Shown here one piece after another: positions 14,111-24,095 of a stretch of 64,000 bases of DNA. Below the pieces are notes generated by a model. That model ran no database searches. It worked only from the letters and a program-made list of their open reading frames with translations, and was not told the DNA's origin. This stretch comes from Lama guanicoe (taxonomy: Eukaryota): NCBI GenBank assembly GCA_013239625.1, contig MU053881.1, positions 6,595,957-6,659,956 on the forward strand, in the 5' to 3' direction. The translations under genes and the position numbers were made by a program. Numbering within the stretch: position 1 is the first letter of the stretch; each line of letters opens with the position of its first letter.

Positions 14111-14264
14111 AAAGAGGAAAAAGAGAGAAGAGAGGTATGAGGTTAAGACTGCAGAAGAGTAATCGACTTCAGCTTTTTTGGTCTATTCAGTGGTAGGAGG
14201 ATATATGAACCCTGGAGAGGTGCACGCGCGCGCACACACACGCATACAGACTTATCAACAAGAC

Positions 14265-14602
14265 TGTGCTCCTTTTAAAGGCTGTAGGGGAGAATCCATT
14301 CCTTGCCCCTTCCAGCTGCTGGCGGCTTTCAGCACTCCCTGACTTGTAGCCACATCACTTCAATCCCTGCCTCCATCTTCACATCGCCTTCTCCTCTTCT
14401 GTCTGTGTCTAATCTCCGTCTGCCTCTCTTTTGTGATACTTAGGATGGCATACAGGACCCAGCCAGAGGATTCAGGACAATCGTCTCAAGACCCTTAACT
14501 TAATTGTACCTGAAAAGGACCTTTTTCCTTGTAGGGTGGCATTTATAGTTTCCAGGGATTAGAACCTGATATCCTTGGGTGCCTATAATTCAGTCCACCA
14601 CA
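14265..14602 (-). mobile_element. MaLR LTR fragment, MLT1C/D-like
   Basis: ggggagaatccattccttgccccttccagct...atcttcacatcgccttctcctctt...attcagtccaccaca. Confidence 0.75.
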
Positions 14603-16013
14603 CCCTAAATTTATTAGTTTATCAGTACTTTACCAAAAGGAATAGTACAAATATTTGATGAGTAGAAATGGTGACATTCCCAATGTCCAGGCACAGTGTA
14701 AGTGCAAGTTTCACTGGATTTGGACAATGAAAAATGCTCTGGAGTGGCTCTAAGAAGGCTTGAATTGAGTCCTGAAATCGTTACTTCTGAGCCATGTGGC
14801 CTTGAAGTCAAAGCTACAGAGCCTCAGTTTAAAAAAAAAAAAGACAAAATTATAAAATTAGTTCAATAATAACAATATAGCATCTTAATATCTTGCAGGA
14901 TTTCTCTGTTGTCCAAGATAAACACTATATGGACAGTGGTTTCTTAAGCTATAAAGTACCAAACAGTTCTTGAGTCCATAAGAAACAATTAAAGCTGGAT
15001 ATGTGTGGGCAGTTGGCTCCATATGAACCGTATTTCAAATTTTTTTCTATTAAGTGGGTCCATCAAATCTCCAGAGTAATACTACATGTTTCATATAATT
15101 TAGAATGCTTAAAAAATGGACTTTCTAAAGACCCCATAAACACCTCGATTCTCATGGTTTCCCCAAGATTTTGCCATGTTATTATTGCTATTATTTTCAT
15201 CTGTGGTTCTTGTGTAGCCTGTGACATTCCTGGTTTCATGAACAAGCTATGGTCAAAGACAGCAAAAAAATAAAAACAAAAATAAAAACAAAACACCCCA
15301 AAACAAAAAACCTATGTTTAGACAGATATAAGATATGGCAGCAAGAGAACCTACTTTGAGAAACACTGATGTGGGCCTCACTGTTTCATCAGTGCTTTGA
15401 GCTGGAATAGTCAATTGCTTCTAATAGTCTAATGGCAGAGCCAGTAGACATGATGCTTTGGGAAAAGAGGGCTCTTACCTGGTGAGGGTGAAGTTGCATA
15501 AGGCTGGCCCAGCAAGCAGTGAGAAGAGAGACAGAGAATTAACTGGCATTGGTCTCTGAACCTTCTGGGGGGGCATTACTTGTCTGTCACCACCCCCCAA
15601 CATTCCTGCCTTGATCTTCTTTCTGCAGCCCCTGTTGTCCTCACTTTGGTGGAAGTGACCATGAGCTTGATTGCCTAGCTGGCCCTGGTAGTGAAGGCTG
15701 GGCATGCATGGTGACATTGCATATAGGGGAACAGTCATCCCAGTGTTCCTAGTCTGGAAGTTTCACTGGCAACTTCCAAATCCAAAGAGAAGGCTTATAC
15801 TGCCCAATAGGCCTGATGGACTTTAAACCAAATACATAAAGCATGGGTTTTGTCTTTTTTCCCTGATGAGTAGCATATTCCTTTGATTGGCATGACCTAG
15901 AGCTGAGAAGAATTAAACATTTATGAAGTACCTGCTATGAGATATAATAAGCTTGGTACTTCCCCATGTGCCACTTCATTTAATCCTTACAAAATATGCA
16001 GCATTACTCCTAC

Positions 16014-16449
16014 TGTTTTGGGTTGAATTGTGTCATCCAAAAAGCTATGTTGACATTGTAATCCCTGGTTCCTGCAAATGTGACTTCATTTGGAAATAGA
16101 GTCTTTGCAGATGCAGTCAAGTTAAGATGAGGTCATTAAGGTGGGTTCTAATACAATATGACTGGTGTTCTTACAAGAAGAGGAAAATACCATGTGAAAA
16201 CAGAGACATAGGGAGAAGTTGGAGACAGAGACTGGAGTGATGTTGCCACAAACCAAGGAAGACCTGGGTCTACCAGAAACTGGAAGAGGCAAACAAGGAT
16301 TCTCTCCCAGAGGCCTGGGGAGGAAGCATGGCCCTGCCAACACCTTGCTTTTGGACTTCTAACCTCCAAAACTTTGAGAGAATATATTGCTGTTGTTTTG
16401 AACCTCCCAATTGGAAGTAATTTGTTACAGCAGCCTTAGGAAATTAATA
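16014..16449 (+). mobile_element. MaLR LTR, MLT1C-like, inserted within a MIR
   Basis: tgttttgggttgaattgtgtc...tttggaaatagagtctttgcagatg...gccctgccaacacctt...tttgttacagcagcc. MIR halves lie on both sides. Confidence 0.85.
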
Positions 16450-16701
16450 ATCAGTCTCATTTTTCTATTTTCACAAATGAGGAAAGTGAAACCTAGAGAA
16501 GAAGAGAGACTTGCCCAAGGTCACACAACTGATGATTGGAGTATCCAGGATTGGAATCCTGCTCTTTTGACTCTGGGCCCAATATCTATACTATTTCAGA
16601 GTTGCTACTGAAAAATAAAATAGGAACAAGACCAAAGGCCTAAGAAATACTGATGGGTTCTTTAGAGATGGTCCACTGCTCTCTTTAAATTGACTTCATA
16701 A

Positions 16702-16748
16702 AGACGGCTGGCCGGTTAGCGCAGTTGGTTAGAGCGTGGTGCTGATAA
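16702..16748 (+). pseudogene. Tailless 5'-half tRNA-Ile retropseudogene
   Basis: GGCCGGTTAGCGCAGTTGGTTAGAGCGTGGTGCTGATAA (16710-16748) is the tRNA-Ile 5' half up to the anticodon loop. Flanked by the perfect direct repeat TAAATTGACTTCATAA (16686-16701, 16746-16761) at a TTT/AAA L1-endonuclease-like site. No poly(A). Confidence 0.9.
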
Positions 16749-18343
16749 ATTGACTTCATAATATTGGTCCGAGTGTATTTAGTAGGAGATCATTTTTTTC
16801 CCCTTAATACTAAGTGGATGAACAGAGTTTCCCATATCACATACACATTAAAAGTGGTGTTTTGGACCACATGGTGATGGTGCTAGCATAGGAGCCTATG
16901 TGTAGTATAGACCTAATAGCAGACCAAAGATTCCATCTGGAGCTGGCTTACTTGTTGAGCTACTAGGTGTCCAGGACAGAGAAGGAAATTTTAGAGACAA
17001 ATACCTGCTCATTGCTATTGCTGTATCTTTGGAAATTTTATGTAACTTCTCTAAAACTGTCTTCTTCCTTGTATAAAAGGAACAATAATATCTACTTTTC
17101 AGGGTTATTAAATTTTTTCCCTTAGAGTGTTATTTTGAGGGTTACATTAGCTCATGTATATAAATGCACCTGACATTATTCCTGGGACATTGTAGATGCT
17201 GAACAAATGTTAATCCCTCCCTTTACCTGGGTTCCTGGAGGCAGTATTAAACATATGTTCTCGGTATTTCGACTTAATCCCCTCATTACTATAACATTAG
17301 GTGAATGACTGATATCTTCTGTGGTAATAAAGTCAAAAGCTGCACTTGAGAAGTTAAAGCAGGGGAAGGAAGATGGTTACCTTTGAATATGGAAAGGAAG
17401 AATATTTCTACTGTAACATTAACCTTATAAGGAAGTAAGAAACTCTTGCATTAATTTGTAATCTTGGTGGGATGTCTATTCTGAAGCTCTGAACAGGGAT
17501 GAAACACATTCTCTGGGGATCTGGTGGAGAACAGAGACTTTACTCAATTGTTACGACTGGCAAGCTGAATTTGGAGTTTTAGAAGAGCACATATAAGGGG
17601 CTGAGTAGCTAGGAAGAATCTCTATGTGCATACAGAACTATTCTTCCCAATTGTTATATTTCAGGTGGATTTTAAGAAAGAAAGTTTTATGAATGTGTTT
17701 CAGCTTTCAAAATCTCAGGGAAACATGATCATAGACTTGCAGAATCATAGATTCACTAAATTTTCGCTAAAGCTTAAAAAGCTCTTACATAGGGCTCACA
17801 TATACAACAGATAAAGTGGAGCTGGTTTTATAGAAGCAAGAAACAAGGGCTTATAGTCTGCTTTGCCACCCTCGCCTGTGCCTTCCCCCCCAAAAAAACC
17901 CAAAGCAAAGATATCTTTGGGTTACTCTAGAATTTCACAAAGCAGAGATTGAAATTCATCAATATTCTCATAGAAAACTGAGATTCAGATAAAACAATGA
18001 TTTGACCAAGGTTAAACAGAGACAGATTATTGAAAGAACCCAGGTCTCTTAACTCTTGGTGCAGAACTCATCCAACTACATCATTCTGTCCTTCAGTCTC
18101 TGGTCTACCTCAGCTTCAATTGGTTCTTTAGCTAGTCCTTTGTATTTCATTATTATGTGAAACCTCTCAGAAGAGGAATTCTGTCTACATTCTGCAGTTA
18201 TGGAAGAATATACATCGAATATGCATTGTATATACATTGACTATACCTTGTTGGAGGCTGGTCTTATTTAATGCATTGCTCATCAAAATTGGAATCTCTC
18301 CAGGAACCTAATGTTGTAGGAATTATAGAAAAGCTATGTTCTA

Positions 18344-18771
18344 ACCGACAACATAACGCCATTTGCAGCAACATGGATGCTCCTGGAGAATGTCATTCTA
18401 AGTGAAGTAAGCCAGAAAGAGAAAGAAAAATGCCATATGAGATTGCTCATATGTGGAATCTAAAAAAACCCCAAACAAACAAAGCATAAATACAAAACAG
18501 AAATAGACTCACAGACATAGAATATAAACTTGTGGTTGCCAAGGGGGCAGGGGGTGGGAAGAGATAGCCTGGGATTTCAAAATTGTAGAATAGATAAACA
18601 AGATTATACTGTATAGCACAGGGAAATACATACAAGATCTTATGGTAGCTCACAGAGAAAAAAATGTGACAATGAATATATACATGTTCATGTAAAACTG
18701 AAAAATTGTGCTCTACACTGGAATTTGACACAACATTGTAAAATGATTATAAATCAATTTTAAAAAGTTAA
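18344..18771 (+). mobile_element. 5'-truncated young L1 3' end
   Basis: gccatttgcagcaacatggatg...attctaagtgaagtaagccagaaagagaaag...tgtatagcacagggaa..., A-rich tail, 15-bp TSD aaaagctatgttcta / aaaaactacgttcta. Confidence 0.88.
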
Positions 18772-19288
18772 AAAAACTACGTTCTATTTGGAACACAATC
18801 TCATGGAGAGAAAGAAAATAGTCTTCGTTTCTTGAGGTCCTTTAACCTTGGGCACCAAACCACTAACTTCGTAGTAATAAACAGTGTGGTTAACCCAAAT
18901 TTTTAACTGCAGTCTTACTAAGGAATGGAGCTACACTCATGGCTGATGATGAGGCTTTAGAGTAAGGGTTCTTATGAGGGTTGAGGGTTAAGGATTGGGG
19001 AAAGGAACTGACATTTATTTGTCTTCTAATTGCTAGGCACTGTGATTAGCCTTTTATAAAGTCTTTTACCACCATAATCTTCCCAACTACTTAAAATTAA
19101 TCAACACAATGACTTTTAAAAGTCATTGGCTTCTACCAACAATAGTTATCAGACAACTTGAGGGAGGATTTTCTCGTATTCTGCTAGTTTCACATAGCTA
19201 GTAATCTACCAAGACTCAAATGCATATAGGAGGGGAAGAGAAGATCCTAATCGCCGCCTGCTCCCCCACCACTCTCCAGGCGCCACGT

Positions 19289-19309
19289 TTCAGCACCACG
19301 GACAGCGCA
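19289..19309 (+). promoter_or_regulatory. REST/NRSF binding site (RE1/NRSE)
   Basis: TTCAGCACCACGGACAGCGCA matches the canonical RE1 TTCAGCACCACGGACAGCGCC at 20/21 positions. Confidence 0.92.
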
Positions 19310-19470
19310 TCACTCCGGCGTTTTGAAGAAGGCGGGGATCAATACAGCTCTGATTCAGCCCGGCTTTTTCAAATCTCTCGGGTCTCCGCTACTTTCCATG
19401 CATTTTCTAAACTACTCTCACAACAATCTAAGCTGAAAAACACATTCATGTAAACCGAGGGTTCGCTTAC

Positions 19471-19579
19471 CGTCTGACAAGTCAATCAGCCCGAGGTAGT
19501 GCAAAAGTTTCAGAGAGGAGCACACGACCACCACTATTCCCAGGGTTTGAAGCCCCTCGGACTCGCCCTCCGCCCACAT
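19471..19579 (-). CDS. KCNIP1: Alternative first coding exon of a Kv channel-interacting protein (KChIP) gene: N-terminal transmembrane KIS-domain-like segment, 36 codons + 1 nt (partial CDS)
   Basis: Translates to MWAEGESEGLQTLGIVVVVCSSLKLLHYLGLIDLSD. Ungapped match of EGL-x13(hydrophobic)-KLL-x3-GLI[DE] to the remembered KChIP4a N-terminus EGLEMIAVLIVIVLFVKLLEQFGLIE. ATG has a purine at -3 (aggATG). Exon ends GACG|gtaagc (plus strand cttac 19466-19470), phase 1, compatible with the KChIP core exon starting at Asp (DKIED in KChIP1). Paralog assignment is inference, because the sequence differs from 2x/3x/4a. Confidence 0.82.
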
Positions 19580-19760
19580 CCTCACGGAACACTGGCGCAC
19601 CAGCAAGACGCCAAGCGGGCATTTAAAGCTCGAAAACCAGGCTTCCGAGCCTCCCTTCCCGCTGTTCTAAGTGCACTGTTTATTTCCACTCTTCCTCACA
19701 GTCTCTCCCTCCCTCCCTCCCTTGCACTCCTCCCTACTCCCTCCACCTTTCTCCTCCTCC
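19580..19760 (-). promoter_or_regulatory. Putative promoter/5'UTR of the transmembrane KChIP exon
   Basis: TATA-like TTTAAAT on the minus strand at 19621-19627, about 42 nt upstream of the ATG. Local CpG enrichment 19250-19660 in otherwise CpG-poor DNA. Purine-rich tract (minus strand) at 19700-19760. Confidence 0.55.
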
Positions 19761-20559
19761 TAGCTGGCAACCTCTACATTGTTTCATAGTAGTTTTTGCT
19801 TTTATTTCCTATTCTCCCAAGGCAGTTCCCCCCAAACGTTTAACCAACCCCTAAGCATCTGCTACCCGAGGGTAACCACAATTGGCAACGTCTGACAGTA
19901 TATGCCCTCTGCAACTCAGAGGGAATGCATGTGAGCGTAGACATAAAGGAAAACACCTAACAGCTTTTGATCTGAGATAGACTTAGAGATGAAGGCTATT
20001 TTTCAAAAGGACAACAATTTGTATTACTTCAGTTAAAAAAAAAACAGTCAAGCTTATTCTGGAATACAGACATCACAAAGTATCCTTGGAAACTGAATCA
20101 TCAAGAAAGTAATTGTGAACTGGGCCATGTCCACCGTTAAATTTTGTTTGGGCAGGTTTTATATCAGTATTAAAAATTGTTAAGAGGATAGTCAAGCTGA
20201 CTAAATGATCACTGGGCAGCACTGAATGAGCAAATTTTCTGGAAATAAAGCAAAAAACAGTGAAGCAAATATGATATTGGTGTATCCTAAACTTTGGGAC
20301 TCTGTGGGGAATTTACAATTTTCCTACACTGGATTGTCAGCAGTGAGCCTGGTGGGGAAGGGTATCATGTGATGAAGAGAGAAGACTGGAGATTAATGTC
20401 ACAGAGACCTGTCCTTGGGAAAGTTCCTTGGTCTCCATGAGGCCCAGTTTCCTTTTATTTGAATAAACCTACCTCAACTAAGAGAACCCATACCAAGTGT
20501 GAGAACAGAGTGTGTACTTAACAAATGCCGGTCTCAAATTTTGAGACTACCCCATGTTG

Positions 20560-21330
20560 GCAACAATTGCGGGAAAGACACTCTCATGAACTTTGGGTAA
20601 GAATGTAAATTCATATAACCTCTTGGGAGGAAAAAAAGTCTATGAGAAGTAAATAGTGTATATATCCTTGGATCCTGAAATTTCATGTGTAGGGATGCCT
20701 ACGTGTGTGTAAGTATATTTATGTATAGAGGTTACACTGCATGTGTACACATTTATGTGTACAATGTACATCGAATCATTTTTTAGCAGCAAAAGACTAA
20801 AAATACTTATATGCTCATCATTGAGGAAACTGGTTAAATATATCACAGTGCATAATAAAAGGAATACTATATAGCCATTATAGGAATGGGATATAAGAAT
20901 ATTATACAGCCATTAAAATTATGCATCTTATAAATTTAATTATAAATTAAAATTTATTATCTTTTTTGGGGAAGAATACTGGAAATACATAATTAAACAA
21001 AGAAAAGTTGTTTAGTACATTGAAGTCATGAGGATGGAGCCCTCATGATTGGATTAGTGTCCTTATAGGAAGAAGAGACTAGAGCTCTCTCTCTCTTTTC
21101 CCACCATGTAAGGATACAGCAAGAAGGCAACCACTTACAAGCCAGGAAGAGGGCCCTCACCAGAACCCAACCATGCTAGTGCCCTGATTTCAACACATAC
21201 ACAAGTTGGCATATACATAATATATTTCCAGAAGGATAATCGAGAATTGAGAATTTTAGTTGCTTCTGGAGGGTCTAGGGCCAGAGGGAGGTCGACTATT
21301 GAAATTTTCTCCCGTGAGTGTAACTGATTT
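20560..21330 (+). mobile_element. Old L1M (L1MC/ME-like) fragment, interrupted at 21021-21193
   Basis: tgtaaattcatataacc...aaactggttaaata...ggaatactatatagccatta..., resuming after the MLT insert with atatttccagaagga...gttgcttctgg. Confidence 0.55.
21021..21193 (+). repeat. Internal MLT1A fragment; inverted copy of 23407-23574
   Basis: 21045-21193 versus the reverse complement of 23407-23555: 141/149 identical and ungapped (hand alignment). Confidence 0.9.
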
Positions 21331-23310
21331 TAAACAACAACAATAACTAAATGTGAATGCTGATCCCTCTTCTCTTTCCTTCTTTGTGAAATATTCTGCA
21401 TATCTCAGTGAGACTCAGGAAACTCTTGTCTTCTCTGCTCTGTTCCTTCCCCAACTGGCTCTGTGTTCAATCTCCAATTTCATTGGTCCCTGGGCAGTGC
21501 CTGGAGTCAGCCTATTCCAGCTTGTGAAAGCTGATGATTAAATTTTCAGGAAGCCAGCGAGACAGTTGTTAAACTTTTGGTGGCCTGAAATCAGCCACAG
21601 CAGGAGTATATACACCATGGAAATTGGCAAACCCTGTAAATGAGTGCTTCCTCCCCCTCCTCACCATCACAGGTTTACCAGGACACCACTCTGCCATTCC
21701 AGATCCCACCTGCCCAGAAGGAAGCCTGACAAATTCACTTGCCAAGAGATTTTTCTGCCTACTGTGTTTCCTCTCCTCTGGAGTCCTAGCAAGTGTGATA
21801 TTAACCTAATGAGCTTAATGGTATTTTAGGCATTAGCACAGCCAGACATGAGGAACTAAATTAGAAGCAGAGATATTTCCAAGTTTCTGGTAAGTCAGTA
21901 TTTTGTTCTCTTGCCTTCTCTAGCCTGGACCTCTCTGGGTTTCTGCCTACTCCCTCCTCTCCAACAATGCTCTACCTTGTAAGACCAGTGCTGTCCCTGA
22001 CTTTCTTCTGCCTCTGCATTCTCCCCCTTTGCAAGATTATGTGTGCTCACTGCTCTCGATGTTAGCTCTGGGCAGATGGCTCTGGTCTCAGCCACATTTC
22101 TGTCCTGCATTTTCACCTGTTATCTTATTTCACTTTGCACACAGCATTCCCAGTATGGTTCCACCAACATGTACTACTGAGCATCTATTAGATACAGGGC
22201 CAGATGCCAGAAACTAGACTTAATCCTTTGCCACTTTATGGAATTTCTGGGAATAAATGATATGAAAAGGAGGAGTGGTGGTTCCCACTTCTGGCCTTGC
22301 TGTCGCCATGCAAAGACTTACATTCTTTCAAGACTTCTGGCTTCAAAGGCAAGTCCCTTCCTGATTGTCTCCTAACCCTGGACTTTAAGAACATATGCCT
22401 CTCAGGTGAGTTACTTCAATGGCAATAAGATAGACTTGGCTACTAATTTCTAGAAATTATGGGGTGCTTTACACAGGCCATCTCCCTGGATTCTCGCAAT
22501 ATATCTTTGGGGATGTTTCTACTTTCCCAAGAAGATCAGAGGGAAATTCAGGTCTCACAGGTAGTGGATATCTGAGTATTAAACCTAGGTCTACCTGCCT
22601 CTAGAGTCTACAGTCCCTCACAGTTCAGCTAATAAGTGGAGATCTCAGGTTTGGTATTTGTGAGAGGTCCATGAATTGTTTATTAGAGAACTTGCCTTTT
22701 TCCTATGTCACGTTTCCATCCAGCATCAAGCGGTGTTTGCACAAACCTTCCCTCTACATGTGACCTCCTTTTACATTTTTATTGAAGTTCCATTTTTCAC
22801 TTGATGAGAATTTTTGCCCTAACTGAAGCACTTGTGGAATCCATTTCACAAATTGCTTTTCCTTATTTCCATATAGATTGTAAGGTGAGTATGTTTGCAT
22901 TGTAGACATGAGCCTGCATAGAATTGGATTCTTTTCTCACTGTGTCTCAAATTACTTTTTGGCCAAGCATCTTCGCTTTGTTGGACCTCTTCAATTCTTT
23001 ATCAGTTCTAGTAGGCATTCCCCACATCCCCCAAGGCTGTTTGCTATAAAGAAACAAAGGATTGGTCATTCATGAGATGTTCCGTCTGGGTGAGGACAGT
23101 GGAAGTGGGAGTGGGGGTGCTGGAGGGGTAGGGGTGGTGAACTGACCTTCTGTACCAGATACTGGACTTTTGTTCTGACCCAGACATCACAAAACATGAA
23201 ATTCCAGTTTAGAATTGTCACAGTCTGACAAATGAATACTGGCCATGGTCTTCAAAGTCCCTTAGGACTTTTGGGAACCAAGATGGTCACACTCCCTAAT
23301 GTCTATCTAG

Positions 23311-23682
23311 TGTCTTAGTCAGCCCAGGATACTGTAACAGAATTCCACAAACTGAGTGGCTTAAACAACAGATATTTATTTTTCACAATTCTGGAGGCTG
23401 GGGACTTTGAAATCAGGGCACCAGCATGGTTGGGTTCTGGTGAGAGCCCTCTTTTTGGCTTGTAAATGGTTGCCTTCTTGCTGTATCCTTACATGGTGGG
23501 AAGAGAGAGCGAGAGCTCTAGTCTCTTCTTCCTATTAGGACACTAATCCAATCATTTAGATGCTCATGACTTCATCTAAACCTAATGACCTCAAAAAGGC
23601 CCCACCCCCAAGTTTCATCACATTTGGAATTGGGACTTCAGCATAAGAATTTTGGAGGGACACAAACATTCAGTCCATAGCA
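23311..23682 (-). mobile_element. MaLR LTR, MLT1A/A0-like, full length
   Basis: tgtcttagtc...ggcttaaacaacaga...gacacaaacattcagtccatagca with TG...CA ends and a 5-bp TSD tctag/cctag (1 mismatch). Confidence 0.88.
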
Positions 23683-23749
23683 CCTAGTTTTCTCCAAACA
23701 ATTGCAGGTGCACAGGATCTCTGGGTTTTAATTTTATCTCTGCCACCTG

Positions 23750-24095
23750 CGTGACCTGGGACAAGTCATTTGAACATTTGGAGCCAGTTTCCTCACCTGT
23801 AAAATGGGGATAATATTGGCACCTGTATCATAAAATTGTTGTAATAATGAAGTGTGATAATGCCACAAACTGCTTAGCACAATCCCAGACATGCAGTGAA
23901 CGGCAGTGTAGCTCAGAGGGTCACAGCAGGCCTCCAGGGTCAGACTCTCGCACTGACTCTTAACTCTGCCTCCTACTTAGCTCTGTGACTACTGGCGAGT
24001 TACTTAACCTCTCGGTGCCTGAGTTTTCTCACTTGTAAAACAGATATAATCATGGCACCTACTTCATACAGTTGTTGCAAAGACCGAAATGAATT
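23750..24095 (+). mobile_element. Two adjacent MIR SINE fragments
   Basis: gtgacctgggacaagtcattt...cagtttcctcacctgtaaaatggggataata, then tgtgactactggcgagttacttaacctctcggtgcctgagttttctcacttgtaaaa. Confidence 0.75.

Noticed and set aside
16710..16748. Functional tRNA-Ile gene
   Set aside because: Only the 5' half is present, with no T-arm/B-box or acceptor 3' strand.
1..19470. Downstream KChIP1 exons (DIAWWYYQYQR micro-exon, DKIEDELEMTMVCHRPEGL core exon)
   Set aside because: Looked for on the minus strand by eye and not found; presumably beyond the left edge of the window.
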